From Promethearchaeota archaeon (GTDB taxonomy: Archaea; Asgardarchaeota; Hermodarchaeia; Hermodarchaeales; Hermodarchaeaceae), in contig JBHLMI010000001.1 in NCBI GenBank assembly GCA_048938295.1, positions 29,449 through 61,448 of the forward strand: a stretch of 32,000 nucleotides of DNA, written 5' to 3'. Both the position numbers and the translations under genes were made by a program. Position 1 is the stretch's first letter, and every line of letters starts with the position of its first letter. A model generated the notes under the pieces. It was not told the DNA's origin. It made no database searches and was given only the letters and a program-made list of their open reading frames with translations. Positions 1 to 7,975 of this stretch are shown piece by piece.

Positions 1-675
1 TTCAAGTGGGACTTGTGTGCCATAGTTAAGACATTGCTTTACCAGTTTCATTGCAATTGGTGCTCGCTCTGCGAGTGTTTGAGCAAAAGCTCTGACCTCC
101 TTGTTGAATGAGTCATCTGCGTATACTCGGTCTACCAACCCGATTTCCAACGCTTCCTCAGCGCTGAATTGTTTTCCTAACAAGATAGCCTCACGGGCTT
201 TTGCCAATCCGATGAGTCGCGGCATCCGTTGGGTTCCTCCCCATGCTGGAATTAACCCTAAATTTACTTCAGTAAATCCAATTTTCGCGCGCTGGGACGC
301 CAAGCGAAAATCACACGCCAAAGCGATTTCACAGCCCCCGCCATATGCATACCCGTTGACTGCGGCTATGACTGGTTGGGGCAACCGATCAATCATCGCT
401 AGCAACTCATGACCCTTGGAGGCAATATATTGGGCATAAAGGGGGGTTACCCCACTCATGAAAACTGACAGGTCGGCACCAGCGGAGAATGCTTTTTCTC
501 CTGCGCCGGTTATTATCAGAACACGAATCTCCTTATCTAGCTCAACCTTTGCCAGCGTTTGCTGAAGCTGAAGGGTGAGTTCCTCATTGATGGTGTTCAG
601 TTTTTCGGGACGATTCAAAATCAGCCAAGCGATCTTTTTTTCTGGTTCTTTTTTTAAAAGGACAGATTCCGTCAT
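1..675 (-). CDS. Enoyl-CoA hydratase/isomerase (crotonase family), 3'-truncated by the window edge; not in the supplied ORF track
   Basis: Manual translation from ATG at 675 (GAGG SD-like motif upstream): MTESVLLKKEPEKKIAWLILNRPEKLNTIN...IITGAGEKAFSAGADL...VIAAVNGYAYGGGCEIALACDFRLAS...FTEVNLGLIPAWGGTQRMPRLIG. Crotonase motifs AGAD, GGGxE and PxxGGTQR with both catalytic Glu; frame open to base 1. Confidence 0.95.
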   Translation of the reverse strand, partial: MTESVLLKKEPEKKIAWLILNRPEKLNTINEELTLQLQQTLAKVELDKEIRVLIITGAGEKAFSAGADLSVFMSGVTPLYAQYIASKGHELLAMIDRLPQPVIAAVNGYAYGGGCEIALACDFRLASQRAKIGFTEVNLGLIPAWGGTQRMPRLIGLAKAREAILLGKQFSAEEALEIGLVDRVYADDSFNKEVRAFAQTLAERAPIAMKLVKQCLNYGTQVPLE

Positions 676-812
676 TAGTTCAACCTCAAAGTTAGAATGA
701 CCTTTAGGTGGAAGGATTAACACAATAAAGGTTGCTTGGAAACAAAAAGGCTTACGACTGTCAAAAGGAATCACTGCATCATCGATGCTGGAATGAGAGG
801 AAATAGCAAATA

Positions 813-819
813 TTTATAA
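813..819 (+). promoter_or_regulatory. Putative archaeal TATA box for the 874 gene
   Basis: TTTATAA preceded by purine-rich GCAAATA, about 55 nt upstream of ATG 874, in a divergent intergenic region. Confidence 0.45.
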
Positions 820-873
820 TGGCACTTTTTGATGCCCAAAGTAATCAAACACTAAATTAGGTGTTAATTTAGC

Positions 874-1653
874 ATGGCAAATAAAATAACTCAGACAACA
901 GGGAGCAACCGGACAACCTACATTATTGTTGCTGTCGTTGCCATTGTCATCATCAGTGCCGGAATCATCGGTGGCTGGTTTTTCTGGCAAAATGCCATAA
1001 GATGGCAATACGAAAACCAACCGATAGAGTATCACTTCGATGAAGTGGCACCAACACCACCTGAGTTAATCACGTTGAATATTAATCTAGTAGCTGGTGT
1101 TGTGAATATTACCTTCGTTGATAATGCCACTTTGATTTACCGAATGGATGTGACGGCGAATCGGTTGACAGTTGATCAACACGGAGATCCCACGGTATCC
1201 TATGCATCGAACACGATTACCTTTAACTATGCAGCTGCTGCAGCTGATATCTTCCTTGGTAGTGGTGCTAATTATTCAATCAATACTGACACGAATGCGG
1301 GTAGCATTCGCGTGATTGCAGGTCAATTTGCGCATCTGGATGATGTCAGCCTTGAAGCCACGGCAGGTATTGTCCAGTTTGATCTTACCAGCACGGCAAC
1401 GCTCAATGGAAACATCACAGTTACTCTTTCAGCAACTACAGGTCCGATTTATGTGAATGTGGCGCTTCCTTCAGGTGCAAGTGGCAGCTTTACAGGTGCT
1501 TCTAATATTGGACCAGTCAGTGTCACACCAAGTAGTCCATGGTCGGAAGTGAGTGCAACCGAGTATGAAACCTCCGACTTTGGGTCAACTGCAAATTCGA
1601 TTGACATCATGGCTCATGCGGATATAGGTTCTGTAACGGCAACGCTATCGTAA
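874..1653 (+). CDS. Membrane-anchored protein with DUF4097/adhesin-like beta-repeat extracellular domain
   Basis: One N-terminal TM helix (YIIVAVVAIVIISAGIIGGWFFW), then repeated x(T/A)xGx(I/V)x(V/F) units (NTNAGSIRV, EATAGIVQF, SATTGPIYV, ASNIGPVSV, HADIGSVTA). Confidence 0.6.
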   Translation: MANKITQTTGSNRTTYIIVAVVAIVIISAGIIGGWFFWQNAIRWQYENQPIEYHFDEVAPTPPELITLNINLVAGVVNITFVDNATLIYRMDVTANRLTVDQHGDPTVSYASNTITFNYAAAAADIFLGSGANYSINTDTNAGSIRVIAGQFAHLDDVSLEATAGIVQFDLTSTATLNGNITVTLSATTGPIYVNVALPSGASGSFTGASNIGPVSVTPSSPWSEVSATEYETSDFGSTANSIDIMAHADIGSVTATLS

Positions 1654-1693
1654 AGCTAGCCTGTTCAAATGGAGGGCGTAAAGTCCTCCTCAC

Positions 1694-1708
1694 TTTTTCT
1701 TGTTCTTT
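1694..1708 (+). terminator. Possible oligo-U archaeal terminator
   Basis: TTTTTCTTGTTCTTT 40 nt after the 1653 stop. Confidence 0.35.
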
Positions 1709-1834
1709 ACTCCGCAAGTGTCAATCGATTCATGACCGATATCGCTGAAACTGAAAAAAACGGATTTGTTAGCATTTAAAGTCGATGCGCTTCAAAGAAT
1801 AAACAGTTATAGTTTCTTATCGGATGTGAGAATT

Positions 1835-3481
1835 ATGGACCGATTTTGGCACAAAAGCTGGCCAGAAGGTTTTTCTTTTGACATTGAAATACCTGACACA
1901 ACCATCCATGAAACTCTGAGTGCAACTGCAAAGCAGTACCCAAACCACCCTGCTTATCATTTCCAAGGCAAGACTCTAACCTTTCAGGATGTTGATTTAC
2001 TTTCCAACCAGCTAGCAAACGTGCTCATTGATTTAGGTGTGAAAAAAGGAGACCGTATAGCCTTCATGCTCCCAAACATTCCCCAAGCTCCACTGACCCT
2101 GTTTGGAATACTCAAGGCTGGCGCTATTGTTACTCCCATTAATCCGCTATTCAAGCAGCATGAACTAAAATACCAACTGAACTCAGCCGAGGTTACACAC
2201 CTCATTGGCTTGGATCTCTTTCATGAGGTTATCGAGGCTGGGAAACAAGGCACATCTCTCCGGTCAGTAATCTATACGCGAACTGGGGAATACCTGAGTA
2301 AGACGAAAGCAATTCTAGCACGATTAGCTCGTAAAATTCCTCAGCCACGGTTACCAACAGGCAATGACATTCACCTCTTCCAAGATTTATTACAGGGGCA
2401 CTCCACTAGGGCTCCATCGGTCGATGTCAGTGCAAATGACACCGCTGCTTTGTTATATACTGGGGGAACCACAGGGCCCCCAAAGGGCGCGATGCTTAGC
2501 CATCAAAACTTCATGTTCAATGCAAAAGTTGGTAGTCAATGGTTTACTGTGCGGGAAGGTGAAGAATGTTTCATCGGCGTATTACCTGCTTTTCATGCCT
2601 TTGGCTTTTCGTGCATCATCGTGCTCTCTGCGCTAATCGCCGCCTCCGTTGTGCTCATTCCTCGTCCAGATATCAAAGAGATTCTGAAAAGCATCCAACA
2701 GTACCAGGCATCGGTGTTAGTGGGTGTTCCCACTTTGTATGTATCGTTGCTAGCTAGTCCTCTATTACAGAAATACGATATCCGCAGTCTCGAAAACTGC
2801 TTCTCAGGTGCCGCCTCATTACCTGTCGAAGTGTTGGAGCAATTCCAAAACGAAACCGGTAGCTACATTGTCGAAGGTTATGGCATGACTGAAACTTCAC
2901 CCATTCTCACTCTCATCCCTCAAGGGGTTCTGCGTCCTGGCGCAGTGGGAATACCCACCTTTAATACTGATATCAAAATCGTTGACCAAAGTGACGACAC
3001 CAAAGAACTTCCAATTGGAGAATGGGGGGAGATACTTGCGAAGGGACCGCAAATCTTCCAGGGCTACTGGAACGCTCCAGAAGCTACGGCAGCAACGCTT
3101 CGAGGAGGCTGGCTCCATACCGGTGATGTAGGACGATTTGACGATGAAGGTTACCTGTACATAGGGGACCGAAAAAAGGACCTCATAAAACGTAGTGGTT
3201 ACTCGGTATTTCCCGCTGAAGTTGAGGCCCTACTGTATCGGCACCCTGCCGTTGCTGAATGTGCTGTTATTGGCATACCTGAAAGACGTGTGGGAGAGGA
3301 AGTTAAGGCGTTTATCATTCTTAAACCTGAATACAAAGGATCAATCAGCGAAGATGAAATCCGAGACTGGGCTAAACAAGAAATGGCTGCTTACAAATAC
3401 CCTCGCATCATCGAATTTCGAGAAGATTTACCTAAATCTGCAGTTGGAAAGATTCTTCGTCGAGAGCTCCGTGAAGCCTAA
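1835..3481 (+). CDS. Long-chain fatty acid-CoA ligase (adenylate-forming, FadD-like)
   Basis: AMP-binding motif LLYTGGTTGPPKG, plus YGMTE, LHTGDVGRFDDEGYLYIGDRKKDLIKRSG and PKSAVGKILRREL. ATG 1835 (MDRFWHKSWP) is preferred over TTG 1766 because the W..SWP start is typical of the family. Confidence 0.95.
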   Translation: MDRFWHKSWPEGFSFDIEIPDTTIHETLSATAKQYPNHPAYHFQGKTLTFQDVDLLSNQLANVLIDLGVKKGDRIAFMLPNIPQAPLTLFGILKAGAIVTPINPLFKQHELKYQLNSAEVTHLIGLDLFHEVIEAGKQGTSLRSVIYTRTGEYLSKTKAILARLARKIPQPRLPTGNDIHLFQDLLQGHSTRAPSVDVSANDTAALLYTGGTTGPPKGAMLSHQNFMFNAKVGSQWFTVREGEECFIGVLPAFHAFGFSCIIVLSALIAASVVLIPRPDIKEILKSIQQYQASVLVGVPTLYVSLLASPLLQKYDIRSLENCFSGAASLPVEVLEQFQNETGSYIVEGYGMTETSPILTLIPQGVLRPGAVGIPTFNTDIKIVDQSDDTKELPIGEWGEILAKGPQIFQGYWNAPEATAATLRGGWLHTGDVGRFDDEGYLYIGDRKKDLIKRSGYSVFPAEVEALLYRHPAVAECAVIGIPERRVGEEVKAFIILKPEYKGSISEDEIRDWAKQEMAAYKYPRIIEFREDLPKSAVGKILRRELREA

Positions 3482-3503
3482 CAGCCATTTATTCTAGATG
3501 TTA

Positions 3504-4817
3504 CTAGTTGAATAGAATCGACTCCCCACAGGTCGCTGCTTGCGCATCAAAGCCAAAAAGCCTCTGGAGTGTCTGAGCGAGGTTTTCACAGGATGCGGGC
3601 TCTCCATGCACCGTGAAGATCTTAGGATTCCCTTGTGCCCCTTTGAGGTAGTTCAAAACTTCTTGGCGCCCAACATGGCAGGAGAAATCAAAAGATTTCA
3701 CCTGGGCTTTCACCTTGAGAACTTTGGATTCAGCATCTTTGGTACGTAATGTTATGCTGCCTGTTTTGACCAATTCAGAACCAGGTGTCCCTGGAAGCTG
3801 TTTTCCAACAAGTAAAACACTGCTTTGAGACTTGCTGGCTATACCTTTCAAATATATCTGTGCGGTTCCACCCTTGAGCATTCCAGCGGGGGCGATGATA
3901 ATTGCCGGTTCATCTAGCACTGCTTTTCGATCGGCTTGGTTACGGATAAAGGAAGCTCGTTGGGCGGCTTTGCTAGCCTTCATACCGCCTGTAAAGGACT
4001 TGGCGTGTTGTTGCATAATCCGTGTGACTTTTCGGGCCATTCCATCGATGAAGATAGGGTAGTCAAGCCCTCGATGCCGATGCTCGTCGAGGACTGTCAG
4101 AATTTCCTGAGCCCGTCCAACGGCAAAGGATGGCACTAATACCGTGCCTCCCGATTCTAACGTTGAGCGTGCAGTATCAGTAAACTCCTTCTCAACGTTA
4201 CGACGTGGTGGGTGATCTTCTCGAGCATAAGTGCTCTCAATGATAATCGCATCGAGTTCGCCTAAATCCCGTAGATTTGGAGCTCCTTTGACTAGCCGGG
4301 TGTCGGTTGTGTTCAGGTCGCCTGTGTATAGGATTCGGGCGCCGCCATCGCCATTGGCTTCGGTTTCAACTAGGATGGTGGCACTGCCCGGAATATGTCC
4401 GGCATCGTGGAGTGTGACTTGGACTTTCGGGTGAATTTGAACTGGTTTACCATAGCCTAAAGTCCGTGTGTTTTGAAGAAGGGTTTGGATTTCTGGTCGT
4501 TCGAAGGCCAAGGAGTCTCCCCCGATTTGTAGCATATCCATGAGAAGTAGTCTTACTAGGTCTTTTGTTAATGCCGTTGAATACATAGACACATGGTTAG
4601 TTTGACTACCTGTAATTAGCGGCAGGCTCCCACTATGGTCTAAATGCGCATGTGTTAGGACGCTAGTGAGGTTACGTGTGGAGACCGGTAAGGGTACACG
4701 TTGGACCCCATTGAAGGCGGTGCCGTAATCCATAACAACACGGGCACCTGCTTGTTCTACAAGAACTGCCGATGCTCCGACTTGGCGGCATCCACCGAGG
4801 AAGGTTACTTTTGTCAT
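3504..4817 (-). CDS. Beta-CASP metallo-beta-lactamase ribonuclease (archaeal CPSF-like, no KH domains)
   Basis: HAHLDH, DAGHIPGS, YTGD, ESTY, PSFAVGRAQE, APAGMLKGG, FSCH and VHGE motifs all present. Confidence 0.92.
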   Translation of the reverse strand: MTKVTFLGGCRQVGASAVLVEQAGARVVMDYGTAFNGVQRVPLPVSTRNLTSVLTHAHLDHSGSLPLITGSQTNHVSMYSTALTKDLVRLLLMDMLQIGGDSLAFERPEIQTLLQNTRTLGYGKPVQIHPKVQVTLHDAGHIPGSATILVETEANGDGGARILYTGDLNTTDTRLVKGAPNLRDLGELDAIIIESTYAREDHPPRRNVEKEFTDTARSTLESGGTVLVPSFAVGRAQEILTVLDEHRHRGLDYPIFIDGMARKVTRIMQQHAKSFTGGMKASKAAQRASFIRNQADRKAVLDEPAIIIAPAGMLKGGTAQIYLKGIASKSQSSVLLVGKQLPGTPGSELVKTGSITLRTKDAESKVLKVKAQVKSFDFSCHVGRQEVLNYLKGAQGNPKIFTVHGEPASCENLAQTLQRLFGFDAQAATCGESILFN

Positions 4818-4867
4818 GTTCTTTCATTCCCTCTAGTTGGGTAAGTGTGACAAGTAAACCCACAACA

Positions 4868-5036
4868 CTGAATCGAGCTCCACTGATTCAGGTGAACTGG
4901 GCTAGCTAGGTGTTTCTTTCACGTTGCCTCATCTGAAGACATCAGTTCTCACTGAGTCTTCGTGCAGGTGAGTTACCGTCGTTCCGTCTCGAATCTAATC
5001 ATGCAAATTAAATGATTGAGACACGACGTGGAACAC
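4868..5036. ncRNA. Putative structured RNA/leader element with several nested hairpins; strand uncertain
   Basis: Stems 4868-4874/4885-4891; 4928-4934/4966-4972 stacked on 4935-4946/4951-4961; 4977-5002/5012-5028; closing helix 4917-4924/5026-5033. No known RNA family recognised. Confidence 0.4.
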
Positions 5037-5072
5037 GTATCTCTTGTCTGGGCTTGTCAGCTCAACACGGCT

Positions 5073-5080
5073 TTTTAAAC
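5073..5080 (-). promoter_or_regulatory. Putative TATA box (TTTAAAAA on the minus strand) just downstream of the PHP gene
   Basis: Minus strand reads GGCAAGGTTTAAAAAGCC. It would give the beta-CASP gene a leader of about 230 nt containing the hairpins. Confidence 0.4.
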
Positions 5081-5091
5081 CTTGCCATCCT

Positions 5092-6006
5092 CTAGGCTGG
5101 CCCTCGCGGAGTCGGTAGGAAACCAAACAGCTCTTTATATCGGCGTCGAAGCATTTCCAGAGTTTCAACGGGAACCGGAAGTGAGCCCAGATCTACTTTG
5201 TTCGAGGCTCTGCCATGGTAATCTGAACCACCTGTGAGAATCAGATTGTACTGTTTAGCTAGTTGCATGAGTTCTGCTCGATTTGGTTCAATATTTGAAT
5301 ACCATGTCTCAGATTTCCCTGCAACTTGCTCGTATGGGTAGTAGTATTCGATGCCTTGGAGGCGTAATTGCACTAAATCGGTGATTAACTCCTTTGGCCC
5401 CACGTCAATAGTAAGAGGATGGGCGACTACGGGAACTCCTTTGGCGTTGAGAATGATTTGGATGCCTTGACTGATTGTAGGTCGTGGGCGCTCCACATAG
5501 GCAGGGCGGCCATATCCCAAGTATTTGTCAAACGCTTCCTCGATGGAGATCACATGGTTGTGCCGGAGGAGGACCCGAGCAAGGTGAGGACGTCCAGAGG
5601 ATTCACCCCTCGCCTCTCTTTCTACTTCCCGTTGATCAACCTCGATGCCTAACTTCCGGAGTTTAGCAATCATCTTGGGTAGGCGTTGTTCACGTCCAAG
5701 TTGCATCCATTCCAGCAAAGAAAGTAACTCTGAGTTTTGGGTGTCAAGGTAAAGACCGAGTAAATGAACGTGGTGAGTGTGCCAATTGCAGCTGATTTCT
5801 ACTCCCGAAACGACTTCAATTCCCAGATTTATGCCTGCACGTAATCCTTCCTCGACGCCATGGATCGTGTCATGATCTGTAATTGCAACTCCCACTAATC
5901 CAAGAGCATGAGCTTTACTGACCACCTGTGTCGGCGACTCGGTTCCATCAGAAGCGGTTGTATGTGTGTGTAAATCAACGAAGCGTTTCACTGACGAGTT
6001 CCTCAC
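5092..6006 (-). CDS. PHP-domain metallophosphoesterase (YciV/TrpH-like)
   Basis: DLHTHTTASDG, AITDHDT, SGVEIS, HVHLLG, GRPHLAR, VAHP, GIE and TGGSDYHG motifs. Confidence 0.92.
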   Translation of the reverse strand: MRNSSVKRFVDLHTHTTASDGTESPTQVVSKAHALGLVGVAITDHDTIHGVEEGLRAGINLGIEVVSGVEISCNWHTHHVHLLGLYLDTQNSELLSLLEWMQLGREQRLPKMIAKLRKLGIEVDQREVEREARGESSGRPHLARVLLRHNHVISIEEAFDKYLGYGRPAYVERPRPTISQGIQIILNAKGVPVVAHPLTIDVGPKELITDLVQLRLQGIEYYYPYEQVAGKSETWYSNIEPNRAELMQLAKQYNLILTGGSDYHGRASNKVDLGSLPVPVETLEMLRRRYKELFGFLPTPRGPA

Positions 6007-6012
6007 AATCTA

Positions 6013-6906
6013 CTAACACTCAATTGTCAGATGAGGTAAAAGTTTTCGGATGACTTCCAGGGATTTCAGGGCATCTTCACGGTTCAGTTCGAAGATTATT
6101 GGTCCATCAAATCCTCGGTCTTCAAGGGTGATGAGAAACTCGACTGTGGGTAAAGTGCCCTCGCCTAGCACTCGATGATCGTAATAGGGGAATCTTCTTC
6201 CTACCATTTTCCTTAGGTCTCCATCGTGTAGATGGATTTCTGATAACCGGCTATGGTATTGGTTGACGAAGTCGACGACATCAGTTGCTCCTGACTGTCC
6301 AGAGAGAACATGGCCAGTATCAAGGCAAATTGATGTATCCAATCTTTCAGCAATCATCCATGTAATTTCAAATGGGAACTCGATTGATTCTAAGGCAAAC
6401 TTCCGTGACGGAATATTTGTTTGCTGAATGAGTTCGCGGATACTCTGTTCAGCCAAATTCCCTAATATCATCGATATAACCGGCTGGTCCTCTCCGCCGA
6501 TTTCGAATTCCCCGAATTCGGCTCCAATCCACCCTGCGTTATGGACTACATATACTTCAGGTTCCAGTGGTTCAATTAGGCGAACTGCATCAATAAGACA
6601 TGCAACTGATGCTTCACGAATAAAGGGGTTTGGACTGGAGGGTTCAATCGACCACAAGGGCAGATGAACCGTGTAAGTCAAATCTAATTTCTCTTTCAAA
6701 GTGTGTAACTTTGAAACCTGTTGTTCGGATAACGCTCCGGGAATCACATAACCGATATCGAGGGTGAGTTCCAAGAGAGAAAAGCCCTGCTCATGATTTA
6801 TTCGGGCTATCTCAGCAAAGTCGAACCTGCTTAAATCGAAGAATCCATCCGAAGACAGCTGGCTCAACACCGTGGGCCAGTCCAAAGCTGTGATTCCAAA
6901 TCGCAT
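6013..6906 (-). CDS. AP-endonuclease-2/xylose-isomerase-like TIM-barrel metalloenzyme; possibly CbiR-like cobamide-remodelling phosphodiesterase
   Basis: LELTLD, TYTVHLP, YVVH, ALES, CLDTGH, IHLHD, DH and IIFEL metal-ligand pattern. The CbiR resemblance (LTYTVHLP, CLDxGH) is from recall only. Confidence 0.7.
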   Translation of the reverse strand: MRFGITALDWPTVLSQLSSDGFFDLSRFDFAEIARINHEQGFSLLELTLDIGYVIPGALSEQQVSKLHTLKEKLDLTYTVHLPLWSIEPSSPNPFIREASVACLIDAVRLIEPLEPEVYVVHNAGWIGAEFGEFEIGGEDQPVISMILGNLAEQSIRELIQQTNIPSRKFALESIEFPFEITWMIAERLDTSICLDTGHVLSGQSGATDVVDFVNQYHSRLSEIHLHDGDLRKMVGRRFPYYDHRVLGEGTLPTVEFLITLEDRGFDGPIIFELNREDALKSLEVIRKLLPHLTIEC

Positions 6907-7050
6907 TGAAGTAAACCTCGCTGCTATAATGAATCCCCGTGTTCCTTCTATAAAGGTCGGGGTTATTCATCTCTCCTTTGGCAAACCAAACAGGTAAAAG
7001 GGACTTTGAACCGGTAAGACCATCATGAACCTTTCAGGAGACACCATCAG

Positions 7051-7815
7051 ATGTCCAAAGTCGAATTGAAAAAAGAGAAGCAAATCGCACTAATCACTAT
7101 CAATAATCCCCCTGCGAACGCCCTTGACCAAGAAATCTTCACAACCCTGAAAGAAATCCTCACCGAATTGGATCAAGACGATACGAAAGTCATCATCATC
7201 ACGGGTGCTGGAGACAAATTCTTCATTGGCGGCGCAAACATCAAACAATTCAAGGATCTGGACGCGAAAGGTGCCGAAACAGTCTCTCGGATGGGTCAAG
7301 AGTTTACCCTCTTCTTAGAAAACCACAGCAAAGTCCTTATCATGGCAGTCAACGGGTTTTGCCTAGGTGGCGGAATGGAGCTCTCCCAAGCCTGTGATTT
7401 CGTAATTGCCTCAGAAACCGCGCGTTTCGGACAAACCGAAATCAAACTCGGCATCATTCCAGGATGGGGTGGAACTCAACGTCTTCAACATTGGATGGAT
7501 CCCCAACGCGCCAGAGAACTCATTCTCACTGGCGATATCGTTCCTGCCGCTGAAATGGGAAACTTCGTCTACAAAGTTGTTCCACCCTCTCAGCTTATTC
7601 CGACCTCGATGCGCCTAGCAGAACGGATTGCCCAACGTGGTCTGATGGCAATCAAACTTGCAAAGAAAGCCATGAAACGCGCTTTGTATATGTCAATCGA
7701 AGAGGGGTTGAAACTCGAAGCCCGCTACTTCGGCGAGGCCTTTGAAACCGAAGATGCCAAAGAAGGAATCAAAGCCTTCTTCGAAAAACGTGACCCCAAA
7801 GTGGTGGATAAATAG
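7051..7815 (+). CDS. Enoyl-CoA hydratase/isomerase (crotonase family)
   Basis: INNPPANAL, ITGAGDKFFIGGANI, AVNGFCLGGGMEL and FGQTEIKLGIIPGWGGTQRL; AGGAG SD upstream. Confidence 0.95.
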   Translation: MSKVELKKEKQIALITINNPPANALDQEIFTTLKEILTELDQDDTKVIIITGAGDKFFIGGANIKQFKDLDAKGAETVSRMGQEFTLFLENHSKVLIMAVNGFCLGGGMELSQACDFVIASETARFGQTEIKLGIIPGWGGTQRLQHWMDPQRARELILTGDIVPAAEMGNFVYKVVPPSQLIPTSMRLAERIAQRGLMAIKLAKKAMKRALYMSIEEGLKLEARYFGEAFETEDAKEGIKAFFEKRDPKVVDK

Positions 7816-7975
7816 GCTCTTCCATATGCAATTCACACTCAACTAGCCTTATTTGATACCTCGCAGATTCCACAGTATTCGAAAACTCCACCCATAGTAG
7901 ACAAAAGCGTTAAAGCACATTTCACGGCTAGTTGATACCAACCTTCCACACAACTCCATAGAGGAGCGATTTGGG

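Noticed and set aside
4868-5036. Match to TPP or cobalamin riboswitch, SECIS, SRP RNA or RNase P RNA
   Set aside because: Only a partial ACCUGA-like word is present. The CUGAGA, GGGAA..ACUG, GAGGAAAGUCC and SRP helix-8 signatures are absent, and the upstream PHP gene has no in-frame TGA.
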